DNA of 64,000 nt from Lama glama (Eukaryota): NCBI GenBank assembly GCA_028534125.1, contig CM052817.1, positions 36,892,001-36,956,000 on the forward strand, given 5' to 3'. This document shows, in pieces, positions 37,990 through 50,265 of the stretch (positions are counted from its first letter, which is position 1; the number at the start of each line of letters is the position of its first letter). Under the pieces are notes generated by a model. The model saw only the letters and a list, made by a program, of their open reading frames with translations. It did no database searches and was not told the DNA's origin. The position numbers were made by a program, and so were the translations under genes.

Positions 37990-38180
37990 AGGAGCAGTAG
38001 CAGTCAAATCTTAGCAAGCGCCAGAAGCAGCTGGAGGCCTTGTTAAAACACAGACTGCTGTGCCCCATCCCTCCCTGGACAGGCTGGCTCTGCAGATCTG
38101 AGGTTGGGCCTGAGAATTTACGTTTCTCACAAGGTCCTAGTTGATGCCAACGCTGGTCTGGGGATGACTCTTTCGGGAAT
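37990..38180. mobile_element. hAT-Charlie MER5A-like element, DMP1 intron 2
   Basis: ttgttaaaacacagactgctgtgccccatccc...gatctgaggttgggcctgagaatttacgtttctcacaaggtcctagttgatgcc. Confidence 0.75.
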
Positions 38181-38401
38181 CTTTTGAGGAAGGAAAATGA
38201 GAATCATAGCTCTATGAATGGCAACTGAACAGGATAAGGGATAATTTGGATGATATTTTAAAGAAAAGAGCTTCCTAAGAAGCTACTATTTTCATCCAAT
38301 GAGAATATACACATACGGCCCTCTTGGCTTGTAGCCAATGAGAATTGTGGAGCTGTAGGTATAAATGGTTTTTTAAAAATACATCCTATCCTGGTACTTA
38401 C

Positions 38402-38455
38402 TGGAAGAGCACAGGACAATCCCCACAGGAACATAAGCAGGATGCTGGTCTTCAT
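38402..38455 (-). CDS. DMP1: DMP1 exon 2 coding part: signal peptide + 2 aa (MKTSILLMFLWGLSCALP); whole exon 38402-38475
   Basis: ATG at 38455-38453, 54 coding nt, CCA|GTAAGT donor, acceptor tttcatcacAG at 38477-38476. Classic DMP1 signal peptide. Confidence 0.97.
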
Positions 38456-38559
38456 AGCTGGGTACATCTCTCTACCTGTGATGAAAAACAGAAGGGGTTT
38501 TCTTCATGCTAAAGAAATATAGGAGCTTCAACTTTTTAACATTTTCTTTCCATTAAAAA

Positions 38560-38985
38560 AAAAACTCATCCAAATGTCTTTCAACTGATGACTGGATAAA
38601 TAAAATGTATGATACCCATATGATGGAATATTATTCAGTCACAAAAAGGAATGAAGTACCAATATATGCTACAAAGTAGAGGAACCTTAAAAACATTCTA
38701 CTGAGCGAAAGAAGTTAGGTACAAAACACCACATATTGGGTGATTCCATGAACATATGAAACATTCAAAAAGGCAACTCTACAGAGACAGAAAGCAAATA
38801 AATGGGAGAGATGAGGGGTTGGGGTGACAGATAAGGGGTGAATTTTGGAGGTAATGAAAAATGTTCTAAGATCGATATTGGTGAGTGTTGTATAACTTGG
38901 TAAATATACTAAAAACCATTAACAGTATACTTCAAGTGGGTGAAGTAGACATGTGAATTATATCTCAAAAAAGCTATTTAAAAAA
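38560..38985 (+). mobile_element. Old L1 3' end (L1MB-like), DMP1 intron 1
   Basis: ccaaatgtctttcaactgatgactggataaataaaatg...ggaatattattcagtcacaaaaaggaatgaagtac...tgtgaattatatctcaaaaaagct. Confidence 0.85.
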
Positions 38986-39228
38986 AAACCCTCATTCCTA
39001 AGAGATAAATTAAAAACTTTTCAAGGAGGAGCTCTATAAACACATCTTCACTAAAACATGAACCAGGATAAATGGAGGAAAAACTAAAGAAAAAACATAA
39101 AGAAATTTCTGACCTTTCACTTTTATAATAATTATGCAGCCCAGGGTGGTGGAACAAACTGGCAAATATCTTCTCACCAAAAACTGCATTTATTGATATC
39201 ACTGATAGGTGGTGGGCAATTGTTTTCT

Positions 39229-39249
39229 CACACACACACACACACACAA

Positions 39250-39284
<35 letters not shown>
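39229..39284. repeat. Interrupted (CA)n microsatellite, DMP1 intron 1
   Basis: Direct observation. Confidence 0.95.
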
Positions 39285-39289
<5 letters not shown>

Positions 39290-40412
39290 ACTTCTCCATA
39301 TTTATAACCTCCTAATAACGTCTAGACAAAATAGACTGCTTTTGCATTTTTTTCTTTATCTGCAAGAGATGCCTTATGACAGACTTCATATTACCAGCGC
39401 CAGAAAGTTTTAATATCCACGGTGCTACTTTTAGTCATACATTATACATGATTATGCTAAATTCTTTTAAGTGTCATTCACAGTACTGAAGGATCCAGGG
39501 AAGATTAGAGGTTTGGGATACACTTGTGAATCACACTGAGAGAAACCTGCCAAATCAAACTGCATTTTCCTGGAGGGTGGCTTCATTTCACACTTCAAGA
39601 ACTGGTGGTTTGGATAACAATTTGCTCTATACCTAAAAATAGATGTCCTAGATACTAATGTAGAAAGTTATTGAAATGATTTAAGAAGAGACACTTTGCC
39701 CTGCACTAGTGAGCCCTGGGGCTGCCCTAACAGACTTGTCAGTGGACTTGCATGCACTATGTAAAAAATCCTGCAGGTTGATTTCAGGCTTCATTTTTGT
39801 TGATTTGTGTCTTTAAACATCAAAAATATACTATACAAGTGACAAAAAATCTAAGCCGGAGAGTCCCAACCTTGGCTGTATATTAGTATCACCTGGGGCG
39901 ATTTAAAGCAATGCCAATGCACAAATCCCACCACACAGTAATAAATCATTTCACTGAGGGTGGGAACAGGCATGGGTTTGTTTTAAGGTACTCCAAGGGA
40001 TTTTAACCTCTGATCTAAGAAATGAGTACGCTGCTCAGTAATGTCTGAATACACTGAATAAGGTCTGAAATGGGTTCAAGAAGTCATCTGATCTTATTTT
40101 TTAATTTGTTCAAGAGAACAATAGAAATCCTAAGATAAGGAGACTGAGAATGTTCCTCATTTCTACCTTCATACAGCTCAAATGGTCCAACAGAGCCTCT
40201 CATCCTATATCTTGAGCATTATTCCTCATCAGCATAGCTATTAGTTTGCGTTATTTTCTATATTCTAATTCAGCATGCTTCATCTCGGTCCTTATGTTTT
40301 GATGCTATTTTTATTTCTTTTTCAAATCCTTTTGCCTAATATTGACAGAGTGAACACATGAAAGTGTTCATAACTGCCCCTAAGACAAACTGAATTCAAC
40401 AGATTTTCCTTC

Positions 40413-40944
40413 TGAAGGAAACCAGAATATCTCATCCCAAAATATGCCTCTTTGACATAAAAATTATTTTGTGCTGAAGGCACTTGAGAAACAGCAGAGG
40501 CGAGAAAGGTGCTCTGATCCCTGCTTTTCTTCCTGGAAGCAGATCAATCTCCCATGTGAAAGGTACTCTCCCTGTACCAGGAGGGGAAAGACATTCTCAT
40601 CACCAGAGATGGAGAATCAAGGCTGAGAGAAATCTGTTTAAACCATCCTTGTTAAACTAACCCAATCTTCCTGCTCACTTCTCCACAATTTACTGCCCTG
40701 GCCCAAATCCCTTTGTCTTGTCAATTCTTCACAAATGTGCTATTTCTTTGTCTAAAAGGTGTAAAAGCTTCCTCCCCTGGTCACTCTTCAGATCCTCAAT
40801 CTTTTGTGAAGGTGCCCATGTACACGTAAAATTTAAAAATAAAACTTGTATGCTTTTCTTCTATTAATCTGTATTATGCCAGTTTAATTCTTAAGCCCAG
40901 TTGGAGACCCTAAGAGAACAGAGGAAAATTTTTCCTCCCCTTTA
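40413..40944 (+). mobile_element. ERV1 solo LTR (MER34-like), DMP1 intron 1
   Basis: tgaaggaaaccagaatatctcatcccaaaatatgcctctttgacataa...aataaaacttgtatgcttttc...gaggaaaatttttcctcccc. Confidence 0.8.
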
Positions 40945-43598
40945 GTTCCCACAATCAAAACAATTTTTTTTAATTTTCAGGTTCATTTCTTAATAAATGG
41001 AAAGTTTCTCCCAAATACAACACTCTCAAAATAACTGTGCACCAATGGTTTTGGCTTCACGGGTCAAATAAAAATTATGTGGCTCATCATTTTAATTTTA
41101 AAAGTGAAATTTGAATAGAGTGATAATCTCATGGTGCTCTGAAAACCAGCAAATATTCCAGCCTTGATAAAAGGCCAACAAATATTGAGTGATTGTCTTT
41201 TGCTTCTCTCTTATCTAAGCAACAACAACAACAACAAAATGAAGAGATGCTCTACACCAATGAATGCCCTGGTTTTTCTGTTTTATAAAAGAAGTGAGTG
41301 CTTCCAGTGTTCCAGTTTCTCAGAGATGGAATATTATGAAACATAAGGAAAATGTAGTAACTTGCTCGTGCTTCTAGAAATGCCATGTAGCACCCTGATT
41401 CAAAGGCATAATTTACCAGACAGAAGTCTTGTAAACTACAATGAAGTGCATGTTGGGGTCCTGAGAGAGCTGATGTCGCCTCCCGTAGAATTTAGTCGGC
41501 CATCAAGCATTAAAGAAAGTCAGATCGTAAATCCTACGCTAGATTTTCAACTAGTATTTTGAATAATTATACTTTTGTGAAGTATATTCCAAACAAGAGC
41601 CCCAAACTTTTATAGACTTCTTACCTACCACCCCCAAAAGAGCAGAAGCAGTTATGCAGTAGCCTAAGTCTGAGTGACAAGTTAGCAAAATAGCTACAAG
41701 CCTGAAAGATGAGTCCAGGACCCCAGGTTCTTCTCCAGTGATTGGTAAATGCCATTTCTACTCTGCACTGGCTGTCATTCTACTATAAGAACATGCAACA
41801 AACGGAAATCAACAAGCTCAATTTGAGTTCCACCTGTTTGGATGGTAGTGTGTGCATCAGAGGCTTTCAACCTTTATGAACTGTTTTCCCAGAGTTGAAA
41901 AGATCCAAAATGTTTAGTGTCTGCAGAAGAGAATTGCAGTCCCTCCTCTCTGGCTACTCTCAAGTGTAGCCCGAACTTCTTTGTGCTCTCAAGTCAGGAA
42001 ACTTGTCCTGGAATTTCCTCCATGTTAATATTCACTTGTAAAATATATATCTTCTTTTACATAGACTAAAATGAAAGAGATGGGCTAAAAGAAGGAAATA
42101 AAAACTTGAAAACTCACTGGCTCAATTTAGCTTGCTTAATTTGCTTATATTTGACTTAGTGTTGTCCTTAATAATACTAACAAACAATATATCCATTTAT
42201 TAGCAATCAGTAAATATCTATGGAGAACATCCATGTGCCAGGCACTGTTCTAGGTGCTGGAGGGGAGAGCAGTGTGTAATAATGATAATAAGCTAGTCTT
42301 ATGAAAGTAAAATTACCCAGAACCCAGCTAACCAGAGCCTCCATTAGCTAGAATTTGTTTTATTATCATTCTTTGAAAATAAAGTAGAATTTGGCCAGGA
42401 CATGAATTCAATCAGGAATTCAGAAAACCAAACAAATCGATAAAAATTTCCAGTCATTTCATTTGTAATTATCTCGAAGTCAGTTATAATCAATCCCATG
42501 TCACATGCTTTCAACCAGAGTAAAATAACTCCTAGGCGTCCCCCAATTAAATATGACGTGGAAGGCCTTTCAGCATCTGAGCACGTTGGTCTACATCACA
42601 ATTCTGGGGCTGGTAAATGGACTAAAGCCCATTAGAAAATTATTTGTTTGCATATTTAATCCAACCAGATCAAAGTGGGATAGTCTACTTGGCCCTCAGT
42701 TAAACAGCAAGTACGGGTCACCAGAAATTATAGCTCCTAGGGAAGACAAGTTGCTTGAAGTGTTCCTACTTACTACACGTGAGATCTTCTAGACATCATA
42801 CAGAAAGCATTGCCTGACCACAGCTCCCACACTCTTTTTTGTGGCAGACAGACACTTCTGATATAGATGAACGAGTGGAATGCATACAGCAAGTAAAAAT
42901 ATGGACAGGAGAATATATCCTTCCAAGTCTTCTACATTAGGAAATGTTTTAAAAAGTGATTATATTTAACATTTATTGAATTCTGACTGTATGCAAGGCA
43001 TCATGCTGAAATGAATACCCAGCTAAACATTAAGAAAGCAATATATTAATCACATTCTTGGTTTATTTCAGTGGTCTTAGCATCTCCTTTCTGTTACTCA
43101 GTTCACAGTGAATATCATTGGATCCTGTCTGGATAAATAACATTCAATAATTTTTAATTTAAAAGACTATATTTTGAAAGTCCTGCCAATTTAGCTTAGA
43201 TTCTTTTATAATGTCTTGTAGGCCCTGGATGTAGCTATATCCATTAAACCTAAATATAAAAGCTTTATTTGTTCTGCTAATTAAAGCTAAATTCCAAAAT
43301 GACATTCCATCTGCCTCCTGTTTGGTAAACTTTCCCTTTTAGAAGTATGCAGCAATCTAATTAAAGTTTTACTGAGAAGAACACCTGGCTCTGTAGACTT
43401 AACATGTCATTTTACCATCATTATTTACTGTGGCATAAACAACAGGCACAAAATGGAACCATGTTTACCCAAGGGACAGCTCTCCCCATCCTTCTCTGAG
43501 CAGCATAATGCCTCTCAACATGAACACATAGTTAATATTTTCCAATCAACACAGCAGAAGTCATTTTTTAAAAATTTTAAACAATGAAAATGTCTTAC

Positions 43599-43700
43599 CC
43601 TCTTCAATTCACAAAGACTTTCCCCCAAAAGTCACCACAATCAGGCTGAGGTGCTCACAGAGGAAATCTGTGACAATGAAGCCACTCTTGCATTGATGCT
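43599..43700 (-). other. DMP1: DMP1 non-coding exon 1 (TSS approximate)
   Basis: Minus-strand ...GCAAGAGTGGCTTCATTG...GATTTCCTCT...CCTGATT...TCTTTGTGAATTGAAGAGG|GTAAGA resembles the recalled human DMP1 5' UTR and ends in a strong donor. A TATA-like element lies about 30 nt upstream. Confidence 0.85.
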
Positions 43701-43880
43701 CTGAACACTTCTCTGATGGTGCAGGAATTTAAACTCTGCTTCAGCTCTTCATAGCCAATCAACTGGGGGCTGAGGGTGACTGACATCACAAGGTGTCACC
43801 GGGACTCCAGTACACCCACACTTCCTCCAGCCTGCAGAAGCAGATTTTCCCTAAAAAGCTCTTGTGGTTCCCAAATGACT
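43701..43880 (-). promoter_or_regulatory. DMP1: DMP1 proximal promoter
   Basis: TATA-like TTTAAA 43728-43733, inverted CCAAT box 43755-43759, CRE/AP1-like TGACATCA 43781-43788 and RUNX consensus TGTGGT 43863-43868, all directly upstream of exon 1. Confidence 0.75.
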
Positions 43881-44425
43881 AGACTAGTTTCCATTAAATT
43901 GAAGATCTTCCTAAAGCTTTATTTTGATTTCTAAATATATGTCATTCACATCCATGCAGGCTTATGAGCATTATAAACAATGACAATGTCTTCCACCCAC
44001 TGGCAGATCCCAGCAGACACAAGGATGGGAAAAGGAGAGTCAAGGAGTGGGTAGAAAGTTTCCTGTTAATGTACATTTCCAGGTTGTACATGAAGGACCT
44101 ACTAAAATACTGGAATTGCCTAAATTGTTGGTGTTGAGAAGATGGGCCCTTATTCTTGCCTTTTTCATCTTTTAACAACCTCTACTACTCATCTCCTTTT
44201 CCTCTCATCTCCCTACCACCATGCATGCACAAAGGTCCAGAATTATTCCTAATCTAACAAAGTATCCCCTTACAGAAGTCTGTGGTGATTGGAAGCGTTA
44301 AAGTATCACCTAAGTAACTTTTGTTTTCAATTGAAAACAATTTAAATCCAGCACTCCGTTATTCCCCCAACTGCCTGCCGCATTTTGGTTTTCACTCTGG
44401 TGATTCTAAAATCAGAACTGGATTA

Positions 44426-44490
44426 CACTTCAATTAAAAAAAAAAACAAAACACAACATTGTAAAGCAACTATACTTCAACTGAAAAAAA
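44426..44490 (+). mobile_element. Extremely truncated L1 3' tip(s) with a 10-bp TSD
   Basis: acacaacattgtaaagcaactatacttcaactg(A)n. Flanks AACTGGATTA (44416-44425) and AATTGGATTA (44491-44500). Confidence 0.75.
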
Positions 44491-45362
44491 AATTGGATTA
44501 AAAGGAAGGCTAGTTGGGTAGCATCCAGAGAAGGCAATTTCCAAAGGACTCTCTGCCATCCCAAAACATGTAATGAAATGAATAAAATAGTATTTATCAG
44601 GATTCTTCCGGGAGTGTACTGAAGGTTGTGCAGAAAGCAGGAAGTGAGGTGGCACCTCCCAAGGAGTGCATTCAAGTTGCAGTAGAAAGACCACTGAACA
44701 AATATTTAAAGAATATAAGTCGCCTGAATTTAACTTCCTCAAGAGTGGGGAATGTTTGCTTTGTTTACTGGTGTATATTGCCCTAATACCTAGGTTTCTG
44801 GGTCATTATAAATATTCAGTAAACACTTTTATGAACGACTGAATGAAATGGCTTTAAAATGGGCCAAATTATTGGCTTGCCTGCAGTACCCACATGATTC
44901 ACTTCAACTTTTTTGAAAGTGTTATGCTTGTTGGAAATTTTAGTTGATGCTCCTACCAACCTTATTCTGGAGAACTGGGATGCCCAACATTATCCAGGAA
45001 ACTAACATCAAATACATGGATTCTTGACTTCTTCCCTGTGAACTGCAATGAGGTTGGGGACAAAAAATGAGGAGAGTCTATTTTCATACAGGATCGATTA
45101 AAAGACCAAAGTTCATATGAAGAAGCTATAAATTTCCTATGTTCCGTTCTGGTCCTGAATTACACTCCCTGGTGGTTTCATAGGTCTTGACTGAGGTCTG
45201 TCCTAGGAGAACCTTATAATCTTGTCAGAGCAGATTCTGGGAAGATTTTGGCAAAGGGTGTTACAGGACATTGTTTTAGAAACTCTCTAAATCCCCACTT
45301 AAAAACAGAGAAACTAGATAACAAAACTAAAAACTATGGACAACATTTAGAACAAAACTAAA

Positions 45363-45782
45363 TGTTTCAGTCCTATTGCTGCATTAATAACCACTTCAGT
45401 ACTTTGTATCTTAAGACAACAACCATTTTATTATCTCCTACACCTGGGACTGCAGTTTCCTGGGGACTCAACTGGAACAGAATACTCAATATTACTCTCC
45501 TGTGGTTGCTGCCTGGAAGCCCCGCTGGAACTGTTACTTTGAGCACTTCAGTTCACCTTCCCATGGCCTCTCCTTGTGGCTTGGCCTTCTCACATGGTGG
45601 CTGGAGTCCAAAAGCTGTCCCAAATGTCACTTTCTCCACATTCTATTGGTCAAATCAATCACAGGGCCATTCCAGATTCAGAAGGAGAAATAGTCTCTAC
45701 CTTTTGATGTGCAGAACAGAATGAACATGCACAGGGAGCAAAGGAAATGTTGAGGCCATTTTGGAGATTGGTAACCACACTA
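45363..45782 (-). mobile_element. MaLR LTR (MLT1-family) inserted in an old L1 5' region
   Basis: tgtttcagtcctattgctgcattaataaccac...cttaagacaacaaccattttattatctc...cacattctattggtcaaatcaatcacagggccattccagattca. Confidence 0.75.
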
Positions 45783-45789
45783 CATGACA

Positions 45790-46690
45790 GGTTGTACCCA
45801 CAAAGTCCAAACAAAGTGGCTGAGGACAAACCACCAACTGCCACAATACCTACATCATCTAGCAGGGCATCTGATGGACACGAAAATAGGCGAACTCCAA
45901 CCTAGTCAATAACTATTGCTGGTAGGTGCCAATGGCACATAATAAAATCTGAAGCATCTGGACCAGTCTAGCTCCTAAGGATTCTCAAAACAGAGTACTC
46001 TCTATAGCTGTCTTCCAGGACAGACGTACATAAGCAAAAACTACTGGGAGTGGAATAAAAGTTGCACAAAACAGGTACAGTTGAGAGGCACAACTAAGTG
46101 TGGGAGAGGGGAACAGATCCAGCAAATCTTAGAAAACAAGCTGCCTTTTTAAAAAATACAACATGAAAACAACAGAAGAGGGTGAAAGCTACCCGGAGCT
46201 ATGCCTTCTTCCAAAAGTTCAGGAAAACCAATTTCATATTTAAAAAATGGCAAAAAGCTATGAAGTTTAAGTAAGAGCAGAGAAATAACCTCATAAACAA
46301 TGAAAGCATGTCAAGAATATATCAAACCATAACATTCTATTTAAAAAATAGCAAAAAAGACATTAAGAAAACAGCACAATAGGTAAAAAAACAACATAAA
46401 TAAAAATTAGAATAACTCAGAAATGAAGTATTAGAAATTAGGGGGAAACAACTTGAAATAAAAGAAAAAAATCTGAAAAAAGACTAAACTAAAGAACACA
46501 AGAGGGAGTAAATAGAACAGAAAAGTCCTTAAGATAACTAAAAGAGAATAAAAGAAAATATTTTAAATTTAAAAGAAATGAAGGAAGAGAGAAAACATTT
46601 GGTAACAAGTGACTTACATTGAAGATGACCAAAGAAGATCCAAATTACAGACAACAGGAGCTCTGAAGAGGCTATCAAAAGTGAGAGAAC
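45790..46690 (+). mobile_element. Old L1 5'/ORF1-like fragment
   Basis: Highly A-rich coiled-coil-like ORF1 remnant ending gaagatccaaattacagacaacaggagctctgaag. Confidence 0.5.
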
Positions 46691-46699
46691 AATGATGGC

Positions 46700-47360
46700 C
46701 ATTCTAATGGCTATCATTCAAAAGTCCACAAATGACAAATGCTGGAGAGGCTGTGGAGAAAAGGGAACCCTCCTACACTGCTGCTGGGAATGCAGTTTGG
46801 TGTAGCCACTGTGGAAAACAGTATGGAGATTCCTCAAAAGACTAGGAATAGACTNNNNNNNNNNNNNNNNNNNNNNNNNNNNNNNNNNNNNNNNNNNNNN
46901 NNNNNNNNNNNNNNNNNNNNNNNNNNNNNNNNNNNNNNNNNNNNNNNNNNNNNNGAATGTCATTCTAAGCGAAGTAAGCCAGAAAGAGAAAGAAAAATAC
47001 CATATGAGATTGTTCATATGTGGAATCTAAAAAAAAAAAAAAAAGAACATAAATATAAAACAGAAACAGACTCACAGACATAGAATACAAACTTGTGGAT
47101 GCCGGGAGAGAGGGGTGGGAAGAGACAGACTCGGAGTTCAAAATTTGTAGGTACTGACAGGCATATGCAGAATAGATAAACAAGATTATACTGTACAGCA
47201 CAGGGAAATATATGCAAGATCTTGTGGTAGCTCACAGTGAAAAAAAATGTGACAATGAATATATATATGTTCATGTATAACTGAAAAATTGTGCTCTACC
47301 CTGGAATTTGACACAACATTGTAAAATGACTATACTCAATAAAAAAAAGTTGAAAAAAAT
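46700..47360 (+). mobile_element. Young lineage-specific L1 3' end (contains the 100-N gap)
   Basis: aaatgctggagaggctgtggagaaaagggaaccctcctacactg (ORF2 end), a 3' UTR of the same family as the 28508 element, and an aataaa + A tail at about 47340-47360. Confidence 0.92.
46855..46954. other. Assembly gap (100 N) inside a young L1
   Basis: Run of exactly 100 N with collinear L1 3' sequence on both sides. Confidence 0.99.
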
Positions 47361-48674
47361 TTGTGTCTAATACTTAATCAGGCCTCCAGTACCCCAGAAC
47401 TATCAAATGTTTTACTGTCTAGAGGATCTATTTTTTTTCATGATATCAGTATGAATCCTGGATTCTTTATAATTAAAGGGTAATTTTATAAAAATTGCAA
47501 AACTGTGATCATTAGAAGCATTATTTAAGAATTGAGTCTATACAACTTAAATATATGAAATGCAGACGGAGATATTCATTTTTATTGTCTATGAATTATA
47601 TTCATTGACATTGACAAACTCAACACAATAATGGACATTTAATAAGATGCATCTGATAAGACACAGAAATGTAATTAAAGGTCAAGTACAATTATAATTC
47701 CTTCCTTATTCATTGATATTAAAGCTTTGAATTTAAGTGGGTAAATGACACAATCAAACAAAGCAGCATCCTTCACTAGGCAATATTCTTATGAATTAGT
47801 GTCTCAGTTTTATTTTAAAACACACATAATTTAGATAAAATATGGTTATTTTCTAGGAAAAAATGAAGTTAAAAATTGTAATTATATATTTATTCAAAAA
47901 TTTATTCAGCAATTGATTTTTTGTGTCTTCTTTGGATTAGAAACTGTTCCAGGCACTGGTGACAGACATAGGTCTCTCTACTTTAGAGTCTTCCAATAGA
48001 AAAACACATGCAAATTATTAGCACAACATAACCTCACATCTTAAAAAACTAATAGGCTATAATACATAATACAGTTCCTTAGTCCACACCTCTGTATTTC
48101 ATAAGACTTGTGGCACTTGTGCATGTTATTTGCATGAATTTAAAACACACACCCAACACAACACAATGGAGTTTTGTAGGTGATACATGCGTCTCCAAAA
48201 TAAGAGAGTTGAGCTGCCTATGGCATGTGGAGAGGGGAGAAGAGAAAGAGTCTGGGGACTGAAGCTAAAAGGGGAAAATAAAATCATAGCATGTCGTGAA
48301 CTAAATATAGTTAATAACTGTTATCTACAGCAAAACAGCAGTGGGTAACATGAAACGTATCAAGGAAGGAAAAAGGAAAACCTGCTTAGAAGTATTACGT
48401 GTCCTTCCTACACACGCCACTGTGGTAACTTGTGATGCAGCCATGTCTGAATGCAAGGAGGATGGGGTGCAGTCCTGAGCTGGGCAGTGCCTCCCAGAGA
48501 CAACTCTCCATGTTGTAGAACAAAGAGCACACGTGTTTGGTGGACAGCTAGATTTCCTGCCTGCCTGCCTGCTAAAAGCTGCTGAGCTCAAGAAAACATT
48601 CAGATTCACAGTAAAATGAACTTGCCAACCAGCAGATCTAGCTCAAGTAAAAGTGAATTACTCTCATTGGTACC

Positions 48675-48850
48675 TTGCATTGATTTTCTCATTTAATTCT
48701 TACATTAACCCTATGAAATAGGTACTGTCATTATTCAAAATTACAAAGGAAGAAACTGAAACTTTAGGAGGTTATGTAGCTCACCCAAGGTCACATGGCA
48801 AGCAAATGATGGAGCAGGGATTCCAAAATGTATACTTTTGAAGACTTTTG
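48675..48850 (-). mobile_element. MIR SINE
   Basis: tctcatttaattcttacattaaccctatgaaataggtact...gaaactgaaactttaggaggttatgtagctcacccaaggtcaca. Confidence 0.75.
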
Positions 48851-49319
48851 GTTCCCCCACCTCCAGGGGACACATGCAGGTTCCTTGAACTGTTTCCTTA
48901 ATAACTTTCTCACTTATCCCTTGTCCATTGTGAATAGGGAGTAGTATAATACAAGCGTACTGCAACCCTCTCCAGAGAAATTTCCTTTCCTCTCCTCCTC
49001 CCTCTCTCCTCCACGTTCTCCCCTTTATAAGCTGGGAGTGAGAGATCTATAATACTTTTTTTTCACAGTCTCCAGGTTTGTCTTGCAAAGATGATCTTCT
49101 CCCTCACATCTTTAGGATACTAGGAAACTGTTTTATTGGCCCCAATTGTAGTATTCTCATTTAATACCCTGTTGTAGTTTCTTCTTTTACCACTGGACAG
49201 TAAACCTCTTTGGTGGCAGTCTAGCTCAAGAAACATATGTGAAGAGTCTGCTGTGACAGGCACTGTGGTGGGCATGAAGATGAAGGATGAGCAAGTCATA
49301 GCCTGGGCTCACATTCTAG

Positions 49320-49502
49320 AGCAGCTCTTTTATGGGATCATGGAAATATTCTGTATTCGGATGGTTCAATGTGGTAGCCAGTAGTCATTTGTCATTGCGT
49401 CTTAAAATGTGGCCAGGCTGTGAAACTGAGTGCTTAATTTTAGTTAATTTAAATTGAAACAGCTACACCTGGCTAGTGACTACCATATGGGGTAGCACAG
49501 AT
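49320..49502. mobile_element. hAT-Charlie MER3-like element
   Basis: atggaaatattctgtatt...tggtagccagtagtca...aatttaaattgaaacagctacacctggctagtgactaccatatggggtagcacag. Confidence 0.75.
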
Positions 49503-49689
49503 TTAGAGTGAAAGTTGGCAATTCTTTCATTTTCTGTGACAAGAGGATTGATACCAGTATATATGGGATGCCACAGGAGCACAGAAGAGAGGCATTTAGC
49601 TCAGCATGGTATAGAAAAAAGTAAGACCAAAGAAGCCTTTTAAAAAGAAATGATGGTCAGACAGGATGCTAAATGTATGCAAATGTGTA

Positions 49690-50265
49690 ATGCAGCAATT
49701 CCATTCCTAGGTATACACCCGTGAGAAATGTATGCAACTATGCACCACAAGACATTGACAAAAATGTTCGCAGCAACATTTTCCACAGTAGCCAAAAAGT
49801 GGAAACAACAAGAGTGTCCATCAACTGTAGAAAAGATAAACAAATTGTCATATATTTTATGTAATAAAAGTGTACATCAATGAAAATGAAAAAAATATAG
49901 CAACAGGCATAATGAAAAACATAATGTTGAGTTAAAGAGTTACAAAAATCAAAGAAACCATATTGTATATGTATATAAAGCTCAAAAAGTGGCAAAAGTA
50001 AAATGACAGTATTTTAGTATGCATGTTTAGGTGGTAAAAGCAAAAAGAAAAGCAAAGAAGTGATTACATGGTCAGGCTGAGGGTTGCCTGGAGAGCAGGG
50101 AGAGGATGGAGGTAAGGAAGGGGTGTGGGAGTGGCTCCTGGCGAGTTCACAGAATTGTTTTGTAACTTGGATGGTGGCTACACATGCCTTTGCTTTGTAA
50201 AGTTTGTTAAAGCTGTTCATTTGTTTTACACTTTTAGGAAAGTGTATTTCATAATAAAAAGTCTT
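49690..50265 (+). mobile_element. Old L1 3' end (L1ME-like)
   Basis: cagcaattccattcctaggtatacaccc...aatgttcgcagcaacattttccacagtagccaaaaagtggaaacaac...tatttcataataaaaa. Confidence 0.8.
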
